Below, one piece after another: positions 49,972-59,593 of a DNA stretch of 64,000 nucleotides. Source of the DNA: a bacterium (GTDB taxonomy: Bacteria; Electryoneota; Electryoneia; Electryoneales; Electryoneaceae). The translations under genes were made by a program, and so were the position numbers. The stretch's first letter is position 1, and every line of letters starts with the position of its first letter. The notes under the pieces were generated by a model. The model was given only the letters and a program-made list of their open reading frames with translations. It did no database searches and had not been told where the DNA came from. The DNA is taken from contig OY769902.1 in NCBI GenBank assembly GCA_963669175.1, forward strand, positions 3,168,001-3,232,000, written 5' to 3'.

Positions 49972-50478
49972 ATGAAACGATTAACCCTGGTTCTTTCGGG
50001 AATACTGATTCTGGCAGTTGCCAGTTTCGCCAAGGATTTTCGCGTTGGGATCATTGTTTCCTCGCGTATCATGGAGGAATATACAGAAGCTGTTGATGCG
50101 CAGCAGATTCTGACAGACGAGATTGCTGAATGGCAGCGTCAGGCGCAGGATATGGAAACGGAGATCATGGCGCTGGAAGAAGAGTATCAGCAGCTTGCCC
50201 TGGTGCTTTCAGAAGAGAAGAAAGCCCAGAAAGAAGAAGAACTTACCCGGAAATATCAGGAATACCGTCAATACCAGGCCAGTCTTGAGCAGAAAGCCTA
50301 CCAGCGAAACCAGGAACTGTTCAAACCGATCAATGAAAAGGTGCAAACGATCATTGACCGGATCGCCCAGGAGCAGGGATTCGATATCATCCTTGATGCT
50401 GTCGGCTCCAATATCGCGTATGCGGACCCGCAACTGGATATTACTGAACAAGTCTTGGCGGAGCTTAAAAAACAATGA
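49972..50478 (+). CDS. skp: OmpH/Skp periplasmic chaperone
   Basis: Signal peptide, coiled coil, GFDIILD...DITEQVL; between bamA and lpxD. Confidence 0.9.
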   Translation: MKRLTLVLSGILILAVASFAKDFRVGIIVSSRIMEEYTEAVDAQQILTDEIAEWQRQAQDMETEIMALEEEYQQLALVLSEEKKAQKEEELTRKYQEYRQYQASLEQKAYQRNQELFKPINEKVQTIIDRIAQEQGFDIILDAVGSNIAYADPQLDITEQVLAELKKQ

Positions 50479-51497
50479 TCTTCACAACTGCTCAGCTTGC
50501 TGAATTGATCGGTGCAGAGTTGGTTGGTGATGAGGCAAAGGGAATCTCCGGGGTTGCCAGAATTGAAGAGGCTGGTCCTGAAGATGTTACTTTCCTGGCG
50601 AATCCAGCTTATGCAAAATTTCTCGAGACCACCCATGCAGGTGCAGTGATTCTCATGGAAAAAATGGAATTCTGCAAAGCCGTGCAGATTGTCACACCTG
50701 AACCCTATGTTGGTTTCCTGAAAGCTTTAACAGCTTTTCACCCACCTGAACCGAAACCGGAACCGGGTATTCATCCCACCGCTGTTGTGGCAGACAATGT
50801 CGAGATCGGTGAAGGTGTCTATGTCGGTCCATATTGTGTGATTGAAGATGGGGTGAAGCTGGGCAATAATGTGCAGTTGCGAGGTCATGCCTTTATCAGC
50901 CGCAATGTTACGATTGGAAACGATACATTGTTGTACAGCCACGTTTCCATCCGTGAAGGGTGCCGTATCGGAGATCGTGTCATCCTGCAAAATGGCGCCA
51001 AAATTGGATCTGACGGTTTCGGTTTTGCCCCGCAGGATATGGCATACCTGAAGATACCGCAGGTTGGTATTGTTGTGGTCGAAGACGATGTCGAAATTGG
51101 CGCAAATACTACCATTGATCGTGCAACGCTGGGAGAAACAAGAATCAGGCGGGGTGCGAAAATTGATAACCTGGTGCAGATCGCGCATGGTGTAGAAGTT
51201 GGAGAGAATACGGTTATCGCTGCGCAATCTGGCGTTTCCGGGAGTACGAAGATCGGCGCAAACTCCATGCTGGGTGGACAAGTTGGAGTTTCCGGTCACC
51301 TGCGTCTCAGTGAAGGCGTGAAAATAGCAGCACAGACCGGTGTACACAAAGACCCCGGTCCGGGACAGATCATCGGTGGATATCCGGCACGGGATATTCA
51401 GCAGTGGAGACGTATTGAAGCTTCATTGTCTCGTCTTCCGGATATGGTCAGGAAAATGCGTAAGGTTGAGAAAAAATTGGGGTTGGATGAGGATTAG
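50475..51497 (+). CDS. lpxD: UDP-3-O-acylglucosamine N-acyltransferase
   Basis: Hexapeptide repeats; IGSDGFGF, IDRATL, IDNLVQIAH. Confidence 0.95.
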   Translation: MIFTTAQLAELIGAELVGDEAKGISGVARIEEAGPEDVTFLANPAYAKFLETTHAGAVILMEKMEFCKAVQIVTPEPYVGFLKALTAFHPPEPKPEPGIHPTAVVADNVEIGEGVYVGPYCVIEDGVKLGNNVQLRGHAFISRNVTIGNDTLLYSHVSIREGCRIGDRVILQNGAKIGSDGFGFAPQDMAYLKIPQVGIVVVEDDVEIGANTTIDRATLGETRIRRGAKIDNLVQIAHGVEVGENTVIAAQSGVSGSTKIGANSMLGGQVGVSGHLRLSEGVKIAAQTGVHKDPGPGQIIGGYPARDIQQWRRIEASLSRLPDMVRKMRKVEKKLGLDED

Positions 51498-51511
51498 GGC
51501 GAAGAGGGAAC

Positions 51512-52927
51512 ATGCTTAACAACCAGAGAACCATAGAGAGAGAGGTTACCCTCGAGGGGATCGGTATACACACCGGTGTGAAAGTGCAAATGGTATTCAA
51601 GCCAGCCGCAGCCAACACCGGTCTTATTTTTGAACGGGTGGATATCGAAGGAAAACCACGCATCAAGGCGGATATTGATCACGTGGTTGATATTTCACGT
51701 GGTACTATCCTGGCTGATGGTGAAGTGCGTGTCTATACTGTCGAACATGTGCTTTCTGCGCTGGCAGGGCTTTGTATAGATAACTGTATCGTAGAGCTGG
51801 ACAATATTGAACCGCCGGTGATTGATGGCAGCGCAAAGGCGTTTGTTGATGCCCTTCTTGAAGCTGGCATCAAGGAACAGGACAGCCCACGCGAGTACCT
51901 CGAAATACAGAAAACGCTGATCTACCATGAAGAAGAAAAGGGAATTGACCTGGTCGTCATTCCCTCGGATGAATTCCGAATTACCTACATGGTAGACTAC
52001 AAAAATCCTGCTTTGGGCACTCAGTACACGTCGATGTACAGCCTGGAAGAGGAGTACGTTGGCGAATTTGCACCGGCACGCACCTTTGCTTTCCTCAGCG
52101 AAGTGGAGCAGTTGAAGGAAGCCGGGCTGATCAAGGGCGGATGCCTCGGGAATGCGGTTGTTATCGTTGATCGCCAGTTGGAAACGTCCGAGTTCGAACG
52201 GTTGCGTAATCTTTTCGGCATCAAGGATAAGGCCAAACTGGGCAAAACCGGTATCCTGGATGATATACCGCTCCGTTTCTATAACGAGCCGGTCCGTCAC
52301 AAAGTGGTGGATCTGATTGGTGATTTTGCTTTGTTGGGTATGCCGATCAAGGGGCATGTACTGGCCGCTCGCGCAGGGCATGCTGCGCATGTGGAAATTG
52401 TCCGCAAAATGCGGAAGATTTACAATACTCAGAAGCTGACGCGCAAGTACCAGCGCAAAGAAAGCAGCAGTTACGTTTTTGATATTACGGCAATTGAACG
52501 TATCATGCCGCACAGGTATCCGTTCCTGCTGGTGGATCGGATTCTTGAGCTGTCACCGGGTGAATGGGTGACCGGCATAAAAAATGTGACCATTAATGAA
52601 CCGTTTTTCCAGGGACATTTTCCTGGCTTTCCCATTATGCCGGGTGTGCTGATTATTGAGGCGATGGGGCAGGTGGGTGGTGTTCTGTTGCTGAATTCGA
52701 TTGAAGAACCGGAGAAGCATTTGTTGTTCTTCACCGGTCTGGAAAATGTGAAGTGGCGTAAACAGGTAGTACCCGGCGATACCCTTTTCATCCGGGTTGA
52801 GTTGATTTACTTCCGCCGCGGCATTTGCAAGATGAAGGGTACGGCATATGTCGGTGATGAGATGGCGGCGCAGGCAGAGATGCAGGCAGTGATTACCGAG
52901 AGGCAATCGCATGACGAAAATTCATGA
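51512..52927 (+). CDS. lpxC-fabZ: Bifunctional LpxC/FabZ
   Basis: GIGIHTG, TVEHVLSA, ARTF, RHKVVDLIGD (LpxC); PHRYPFLLVD, FQGHFP, PGVLIIE (FabZ). Confidence 0.95.
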   Translation: MLNNQRTIEREVTLEGIGIHTGVKVQMVFKPAAANTGLIFERVDIEGKPRIKADIDHVVDISRGTILADGEVRVYTVEHVLSALAGLCIDNCIVELDNIEPPVIDGSAKAFVDALLEAGIKEQDSPREYLEIQKTLIYHEEEKGIDLVVIPSDEFRITYMVDYKNPALGTQYTSMYSLEEEYVGEFAPARTFAFLSEVEQLKEAGLIKGGCLGNAVVIVDRQLETSEFERLRNLFGIKDKAKLGKTGILDDIPLRFYNEPVRHKVVDLIGDFALLGMPIKGHVLAARAGHAAHVEIVRKMRKIYNTQKLTRKYQRKESSSYVFDITAIERIMPHRYPFLLVDRILELSPGEWVTGIKNVTINEPFFQGHFPGFPIMPGVLIIEAMGQVGGVLLLNSIEEPEKHLLFFTGLENVKWRKQVVPGDTLFIRVELIYFRRGICKMKGTAYVGDEMAAQAEMQAVITERQSHDENS

Positions 52928-53687
52928 GTTGGCTTGTGTTGCTGAAGGGGCTGAACTTGGCGAAAATGTTGAAGTTGGTCCCTTTGCTGTTGTAGAGTCC
53001 GGTGCGGTCATTGGGGATGGATGCAAGATTGGACCGCATGTTTATATCACGCAATGGGTGCGTTTGGCAGAGAATGTAGTCGTGACAAAAGGCGCTTCAC
53101 TGGGTACTGAACCGCAGGATCTCAAGTTCGAAGGTGAAGCAACCACCCTGGAAGTTGGCGCGCGTACTGTCATCCGTGAATTCGCGACACTGAACCGTGG
53201 AACAAAAGCTTCAAAACGTACAGTCGTTGGCGAAGATTGTCTTCTGATGGCCTATTCCCATGTGGCGCATGATTGTCATTTAGGCGACAATGTCATTCTC
53301 GCGAATGCTGTCAATATGGGTGGGCATGTTCATATTGACGACTGGGCAATAATCGGTGGGATGGTTCCTATTCACCAGTTCGTTCGTATTGGCAAGCATG
53401 TAATGATTGGCGGGGGAACGCAGGTTCCTTATGATATTCCGCCATTTGTACGTGTTGCCGGGCACCGCGCCGAATACCATGGGATCAATTCGATTGGGCT
53501 GCGCAGACGTGGGTTCACGGATGAAGCGATTAACACGATCAAGCGAGCGTATCGGTCCATGTACCGGAGTAGTATGAATATTCCGCAAGCTCTGGAAGCG
53601 ATTAAAAAGGATATCGATTTAATTCCGGAAGTACAGGAAATCCTTGAGTTTGTTGAATCACGGCAGGACCGGGGAATCATGAAATGA
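52911..53687 (+). CDS. lpxA: UDP-N-acetylglucosamine acyltransferase
   Basis: PQDLKF, IRE, HVAHDC, HQFVRIG, GLRRRGF. Confidence 0.95.
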   Translation: MTKIHELACVAEGAELGENVEVGPFAVVESGAVIGDGCKIGPHVYITQWVRLAENVVVTKGASLGTEPQDLKFEGEATTLEVGARTVIREFATLNRGTKASKRTVVGEDCLLMAYSHVAHDCHLGDNVILANAVNMGGHVHIDDWAIIGGMVPIHQFVRIGKHVMIGGGTQVPYDIPPFVRVAGHRAEYHGINSIGLRRRGFTDEAINTIKRAYRSMYRSSMNIPQALEAIKKDIDLIPEVQEILEFVESRQDRGIMK

Positions 53688-54448
53688 GCAATGGCTGGAT
53701 CATTTGCGGTCCGGACGTACCCGGAAAACAGCAAATGGCCATTGATCGGCAAATGCTGGAGAAAACCGAGTCGGACCATTTAACCAGGATCCGGCTTTAT
53801 CATTTCGTGCCGCCAACCATTTCCCTTGGTTTTCATCAGAAGGTGGATGATATTGACACGGATGCTGCCAGGGAAGCGGGGTTTGACATTGAACCACGGC
53901 CGACCGGAGGACGCGCAGTTCTGCACAAGGGTGACCTGGTTTACAGCATCTCCATCGCTGCGAAGGGAGTTGATGCGGGAAGTCCACTGCATATCGGTGT
54001 GTATAATCGTGTCAGTAATGCGTTGATCCGTGGCTTTCGGTCAATCGGGATTCCTGCCGAGACTGCCGAAGAGAAAGCATTAGGGAAACTCGCAGGGGAT
54101 TTACCGAAGCTGTGTTTTTCCAGCGCCACAAAGCATGAAGTGCAGATTGACGGCAGAAAGGTTGTTGGAAGCGCTCAGCGACGCGGGAAAAACGCAGTGT
54201 TGCAGCATGGATCAATCCTGGTGACCGACGAGCATCTTGAGCTGGTCAATGTGCTTTCGGGACTGGACGATGCGGCTCGGGTACGGATCAGCGACACGAT
54301 GCGTAAACGGACCATATCGCTGACCTCGGCCGGCTTGACCTGTTCTGTCGGAGAGTTGCGAGACGTCCTGTGCCGGAGCTTTATTTCAGAGTTCAATGTT
54401 CCTGAACATAAACGTGATAGTTTGAATGTTGATATTCAGGTTTCGTAA
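53684..54448 (+). CDS. Lipoate-protein ligase / octanoyltransferase (LplA/LipM family)
   Basis: MAID, ISLG, RPTGGRAVLH, KVVGSAQ, LQHGS. Confidence 0.88.
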   Translation: MSNGWIICGPDVPGKQQMAIDRQMLEKTESDHLTRIRLYHFVPPTISLGFHQKVDDIDTDAAREAGFDIEPRPTGGRAVLHKGDLVYSISIAAKGVDAGSPLHIGVYNRVSNALIRGFRSIGIPAETAEEKALGKLAGDLPKLCFSSATKHEVQIDGRKVVGSAQRRGKNAVLQHGSILVTDEHLELVNVLSGLDDAARVRISDTMRKRTISLTSAGLTCSVGELRDVLCRSFISEFNVPEHKRDSLNVDIQVS

Positions 54449-54471
54449 CCACCAACATTGAGGGAGACGGG

Positions 54472-55182
54472 ATGAAGATAGTTGCTAAAAGTGTTGCTGT
54501 ATTGATGATCATGCTGGCCGCTTCAGGAGCGTATGCTGGATTTGGGATTCATGTCGGTTGGGATATGGCCAAGATTGATGGCGCCACCCAATCTTTCCGG
54601 TTCAGCAATGATGATGTTACAACCACGACCAATTCCAGCCTGTTGCGTGATGCATCCAGCAATCCCATGTGTATCGGGATTGACCTGACCTTCAACATGC
54701 TTCCCCTGGTAGATCTCCAGGCCAGTCTTGAAACCGCTTTTGCCGGGTATAACATTCGTTTTATCCCGGGGCAGGTTGCAGGACAGACACAGGGTGATAT
54801 CGTTGACCAGGATGTGATGTACCTGCGTGTTGGCGGTGATGTCAGCGCATTCATCTCACCGTTGGGATTCCCACCGGTTGCCAGTATTGCCAAGGTCTTC
54901 ATCGGTGGTGGACTCAGCGTACATCTTTTCCAGCCGGCTATTGGCAGAGAGATGCTGCAGGACAATATCGAAAGCGCCGATGAGTCCGACATTGACCCGA
55001 AAGATTACATCAATCTTGATCCCAAGTTTGGATTTCACATCATTACCGGCGTGAAGATTAAACCACCGGTATTCCCGATTGGCTTCAGGGTAACTGCCAA
55101 GTATTACATCTTCACATCGCAGGAACCGGAAACGCCACAGAATTTCCTGAACATTCAGGCGGGGATCTATTTTGGTGGTTGA
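54472..55182 (+). CDS. Hypothetical outer-membrane beta-barrel protein
   Basis: Signal peptide; amphipathic strands; ends QAGIYFGG. Confidence 0.6.
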   Translation: MKIVAKSVAVLMIMLAASGAYAGFGIHVGWDMAKIDGATQSFRFSNDDVTTTTNSSLLRDASSNPMCIGIDLTFNMLPLVDLQASLETAFAGYNIRFIPGQVAGQTQGDIVDQDVMYLRVGGDVSAFISPLGFPPVASIAKVFIGGGLSVHLFQPAIGREMLQDNIESADESDIDPKDYINLDPKFGFHIITGVKIKPPVFPIGFRVTAKYYIFTSQEPETPQNFLNIQAGIYFGG

Positions 55183-55211
55183 TCCCGGTTGAAGAGTTTT
55201 CGAGAGCAAGT

Positions 55212-55254
55212 CGCGGCAGGGGACAGTCAGGAACTGAACTGTCCCCGCCGCGTA
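55212..55254 (+). promoter_or_regulatory. Hairpin containing an ECF-type promoter upstream of rseP
   Basis: CGCGGC..GGGGACAGT/ACTGTCCCC..GCCGCG stem; GGAAC (55230-34)-N16-CGTA (55251-54). Confidence 0.55.
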
Positions 55255-55356
55255 TCATTTTTGCAGGTACGGTATTCTAATCGACAGTTCAGGAGGTTAC
55301 TATTCTGAACAGTACGGTTTACGAAGTTTGAAACGGAATAGTACGGATTAAGACCA

Positions 55357-56460
55357 ATGTTAGAGTCACTGCAGGCAGGCTTGTCAGGATTCCTTCCCAG
55401 TATCATCGGCTTTATCGCCGTGGTTGGGGTGGTTGTATTCGTCCACGAATTGGGCCATTTCCTAGCAGCACGGCTGATGGGAGTGCGTGTTGATGTATTC
55501 TCTATCGGGATGCCGCCCAAGATGTGGAGCTTCAAACGTGGCGATACAGAATACAAGCTGGGATGGGTGCCTATTGGCGGGTATGTGAAAATTGCCGGTA
55601 TGATTGACGAATCCATGGATGAGGAAACGATAACCGGCGGCGATGATGAATTCATGTCGAAAGGATATTTCGCGAAGGCGTTTATCCTTACGGCAGGCGT
55701 TATCATGAACATCCTGCTGGGAATAGGTATCTATTCTTTCATCGTACTCTATGAAGGCAAAGCCGTTGTCAATGAGGAACCGGTCATTGGCGGTATTATG
55801 GAAGAGTATCCGGCCGCACGTGCCGGATTGCAGGAAAACGACCGAATTATCAACATTGATGGCGAACTGATCAGATCATGGGAAGATATCACCCAGGCTG
55901 TCCATCCCCGTCCGCATGATTCGCTGAGTGTTACCTGGGTACGTGGCGCTGATACCCTTTCTGCCATCATGTTTACCGAAGCGGCACAGCAGCCTTCGGC
56001 CGATGGCGTTCGTGAAGTCGGGTTGATCGGTATTGGTCCGCAGGTTGAGATGCAGTCTGTTGGCCCGTTTACTGCGCTTGCCGAGGGGACAAAGCTTACA
56101 GTACGCTATCTTGGATTAAGCCTCGAGAGCATTTCACGATTGATAACCGGCAAGGCTTCGGTGAAGGAGTTTACCGGCATCGTTGGCATTGTGCATATGT
56201 CCGGTGAAACAGTGCGTGCCGGATGGGTAACATTTATCAGTTTTATCGGCTTTATTTCAATTGCGATAGGATTCTTCAACATTCTGCCTGTGCCCATGCT
56301 GGATGGCGGGCACCTGGTGGTGGCAACGATTGAGGCCGTGATTAAACGCTCAATCTCAAACCGTGTCAAATTGATAGTTCAGCAGATAGGTCTCGCTTTG
56401 ATCATCATTCTAACGATAGTAGTCGCATACTATGATGTCTTACGCATTGTCACAAACTAG
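55357..56460 (+). CDS. rseP: Site-2 intramembrane metalloprotease
   Basis: HELGH, PIGGYV, PDZ domain, NILPVPMLDGG. Confidence 0.95.
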   Translation: MLESLQAGLSGFLPSIIGFIAVVGVVVFVHELGHFLAARLMGVRVDVFSIGMPPKMWSFKRGDTEYKLGWVPIGGYVKIAGMIDESMDEETITGGDDEFMSKGYFAKAFILTAGVIMNILLGIGIYSFIVLYEGKAVVNEEPVIGGIMEEYPAARAGLQENDRIINIDGELIRSWEDITQAVHPRPHDSLSVTWVRGADTLSAIMFTEAAQQPSADGVREVGLIGIGPQVEMQSVGPFTALAEGTKLTVRYLGLSLESISRLITGKASVKEFTGIVGIVHMSGETVRAGWVTFISFIGFISIAIGFFNILPVPMLDGGHLVVATIEAVIKRSISNRVKLIVQQIGLALIIILTIVVAYYDVLRIVTN

Positions 56461-57868
56461 ACATGTTCGGGTAGTCCTGGCCGGACTACTGATGATTGTA
56501 CTTGTCCTGGGGATTGGGTGCGCCGGATCAGCCGGCGGACGCCATGACAGGCCTCTGGCAGAAGAAAAGGCTACACAGGATAAAGAAAAAAAAGAACTTA
56601 GCCAGGAAGTTATCAACTATGTGGTCGCTGCGTCAGTCGCAGAATCACAGGGTGACTATTTTAACGCTGCCAAGTACTATTCCAAAGCACTGGCCAAGGA
56701 TAGTTCACAGGTTACGATATACATCGGCCTGGCGGAAAGCTTCAAAAACCTTGGTGGCTATGACAATGCGCTGAAAACTCTGGTCAGCGCCAGGGAAATT
56801 GCCCCGGATAATACTGAAATCCTGCAGATGCTGGGCGAAATCCAGTTTGACCTTGGCAGGTATACAGAAGCGTTTAATACCTTCAAAGAGCTGACACAAA
56901 TTGAGCCGGACAACGCCGATGCCTGGTACACACTGGCTTCGTTGTATGTTCGTCGCGGCAACACCACTGCGGCTGTTGATTGTTATGATAAAGTGATGGA
57001 GCTTGAAGGGTTGAACATGGATCTCCTGGTGCGTCAGGCGACCATCCTCAGCATGATGAACAAGTATGATCGTGCCATTGAAACCTATAAGAAAATGAGC
57101 GAACTGGAACCCAATGATGATCTGATCCCGTTTGCCATTGCCGGTCTGTACCTGGATACCGGCGACACGACCCGTGCTGATTCGGCATTGGCTGTTGCTG
57201 CTGAATTGGAACCTGATTCAAGTAAATACTGGATCTGGCGCATTCAATTGAATTACATGCATGGGGATACGGCGAAGACGGATTCCCTGATCAAAGCAAG
57301 CGAACTGGTTATTCCTGAAAATTCAGATCTGCTTGGCTATAGCGCTTTGCTATACATGGATATGGAACGATACGATGAAGCCGAAAGCTATCTGTATCGT
57401 ATGGCAGAGCTGGATAGCACAAATGCGGAGCCCTGGATAAACCTTGGGCACATGTATCACGAACTCGGGCGCTGGGAGGATGGTGCGGCGGCGTATAAAC
57501 ATGGGCTTGAACTGGCTCCGGAAAACGCGCTGTTGAACAACAACTATGCCTATCTTCTTGCCGTATGGGGACGTGATTATGAAATTGCGCTTGACCATGT
57601 AAACATCGCTCTGGATATAGAGCCGGAGAATTCTTCCTATCTTGATACCAAGGGGTGGCTGTTATTCAAGATGGGTAGGCCGGAGCAGGCTATAGGCTAC
57701 CTGGAACAATCGTATGAGCGTTCCGGGGAAAACGCAGAAATCCTTGAACATCTGGGCGATGTTTACGCTGAATTGGGTGATCAGGAAAAAGCACGCGACA
57801 TGTGGCGGAAAGCATTGGAATATGGGGGTGATGAAGCTGTTCTTTCCGAAAAGTTGGGGGAGGAGTAA
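56432..57868 (+). CDS. TPR lipoprotein
   Basis: Lipobox GIGC; many TPRs; NNYAY..YLDTKGW..EHLGD C-terminal pattern. Confidence 0.88.
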   Translation: MMSYALSQTRHVRVVLAGLLMIVLVLGIGCAGSAGGRHDRPLAEEKATQDKEKKELSQEVINYVVAASVAESQGDYFNAAKYYSKALAKDSSQVTIYIGLAESFKNLGGYDNALKTLVSAREIAPDNTEILQMLGEIQFDLGRYTEAFNTFKELTQIEPDNADAWYTLASLYVRRGNTTAAVDCYDKVMELEGLNMDLLVRQATILSMMNKYDRAIETYKKMSELEPNDDLIPFAIAGLYLDTGDTTRADSALAVAAELEPDSSKYWIWRIQLNYMHGDTAKTDSLIKASELVIPENSDLLGYSALLYMDMERYDEAESYLYRMAELDSTNAEPWINLGHMYHELGRWEDGAAAYKHGLELAPENALLNNNYAYLLAVWGRDYEIALDHVNIALDIEPENSSYLDTKGWLLFKMGRPEQAIGYLEQSYERSGENAEILEHLGDVYAELGDQEKARDMWRKALEYGGDEAVLSEKLGEE

Positions 57869-58652
57869 ACCCAATACACGCGGCCGTTCCCGCCTGATAA
57901 CGGCCACAATGGTAATTCTGACCGTGTTTGGAATGGGATGTACTTCCAGGACGGTTAAGGACATGCCTGTGCCGCCGCCTTCCGTATCTGAAGCCAGGTT
58001 CATGATCCAGGCTCACTACAAGCAGGTTGAACGCTACGAGTCAAGATTCTCGATTTCCTTCCAGGCTGGCGTTTTTGGTGGAGGACTGTTCGGCTCCTGC
58101 TATCTTGAATCGCCGGACAAGCTTTCCATAGACCTGAACGGGCCGTTCAATATGGCTGCGGGTTCGCTAGTCCTGAACGAAGGGGAATTCGAGATCCTTG
58201 TCGGGAGCGGTGAAATATATTCCGGAAATCTGGATACGCTGGATCTGGAAAAGCTCACCGGGATTCCACTACCCACCGAAGACCCCTTTGTAATCTTCAG
58301 TCCGGTTGCTATACCCGGTGATAACGATTCGAAGGTCTTAAATTTTAATGTATTGGGTAGTGATTCCTTGTGGGTGTTGGATGTTTTTGACGATATGCAA
58401 TTGCACCAATATGTGATTCAACCAAGACAGCGTCGTGTGGTCAGGGAATCCTGGTCCACTCCCGGCGGTGTCTTGCTTTTGGAAAAGAAATATCATGATT
58501 TTACAGTTGAAGATGGTGTATATATTCCAAAGAGCATTACACTCCAGTCGCCCGGGATAATTCCCATGGAGGTGGAGATCAAGGTTGAGAGCTGTAAAGT
58601 GAATCCCACATGGCGGGATAACCCGTTCACGTTTAAGAGACCAAATTCATGA
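57831..58652 (+). CDS. DUF4292/LolB-like lipoprotein
   Basis: Lipobox GMGC; follows the TPR gene; start uncertain (57822/57831/57909). Confidence 0.6.
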   Translation: MKLFFPKSWGRSKPNTRGRSRLITATMVILTVFGMGCTSRTVKDMPVPPPSVSEARFMIQAHYKQVERYESRFSISFQAGVFGGGLFGSCYLESPDKLSIDLNGPFNMAAGSLVLNEGEFEILVGSGEIYSGNLDTLDLEKLTGIPLPTEDPFVIFSPVAIPGDNDSKVLNFNVLGSDSLWVLDVFDDMQLHQYVIQPRQRRVVRESWSTPGGVLLLEKKYHDFTVEDGVYIPKSITLQSPGIIPMEVEIKVESCKVNPTWRDNPFTFKRPNS

Positions 58653-59593
58653 ACCCGGTCCTGACTTTAGTCATTCCTTTGTACAACGAGGAAGAGGCGT
58701 TACCGCATCTCAAGGAAGCCCTTGATAAGGTTCTTGAGCGGGAGAAGATTCCGACTCAGATTCTATTCGTCAACGACGGCAGTCGTGATGGTAGCGCAGA
58801 CATCATCGACAAGATGGCCCGGGAAGATGAACGGGTAGAAGTGCATCATTTCAAGCGAAATCGTGGTAAATCGGATGCGCTCGATACCGGATTCCGGCTT
58901 GCGCGAGGCAAATATATCATCACCATGGATGCGGACCTTCAGGATGATCCGGAAGAGATTCCCCGCCTGATTGCCAAGATTGAAGAAGGTTATGACATGA
59001 TCAGCGGGTGGAAAGAGAAGCGCCATGATCCGTTGGATAAGACATTTCCTTCGAAGGTTTTCAACTTCATGGCACGTGTGACCAGCGGTGTCAAGCTGCA
59101 TGATTTCAACTGTGGTTTGAAGATATATCGACGTGAAGTCGTGGGAAGCATCCGCGTTTATGGTGAGCTTCATCGTTTCATCCCGATTCTGGCCCATGCC
59201 CAGGGCTGGCGAGTCGGAGAACTGTCTGTCACACATCATCCGCGCAAGTGGGGGGTGACAAAGTACGGCTTCACACGCTTTATCAAGGGGCTGTTTGATC
59301 TATTATCTGTGACATTCTTGACACGTTTCACTTTCAGCCCGATGTACCTGTTCGGCAGCATCGGTATGGTGTGTCTCGCACTTGGATTCGTTATTCTGGC
59401 ATACCTTACAGTTGGCTGGTTTATGGGGATATGGATTGGCAACCGCCCCTTGTTCTCGTTGGGAATTCTGCTGGTGATTGTCGGAATGCAATTCTTCTCC
59501 CTTGGCCTGATCAGTGAGTTGATCAGTCATATGCGTATGAACATGCAGCTACAGATTCAGAGCAAACAGGACAAGGAGCGTGATCTTCAATGA
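58649..59593 (+). CDS. GT2 polyprenol-phosphate glycosyltransferase (GtrB/ArnC-like)
   Basis: IPLYNEE, NDGSRD, MDADLQDDP, ELHRFIP; two C-terminal TM helices. Confidence 0.92.
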   Translation: MNPVLTLVIPLYNEEEALPHLKEALDKVLEREKIPTQILFVNDGSRDGSADIIDKMAREDERVEVHHFKRNRGKSDALDTGFRLARGKYIITMDADLQDDPEEIPRLIAKIEEGYDMISGWKEKRHDPLDKTFPSKVFNFMARVTSGVKLHDFNCGLKIYRREVVGSIRVYGELHRFIPILAHAQGWRVGELSVTHHPRKWGVTKYGFTRFIKGLFDLLSVTFLTRFTFSPMYLFGSIGMVCLALGFVILAYLTVGWFMGIWIGNRPLFSLGILLVIVGMQFFSLGLISELISHMRMNMQLQIQSKQDKERDLQ

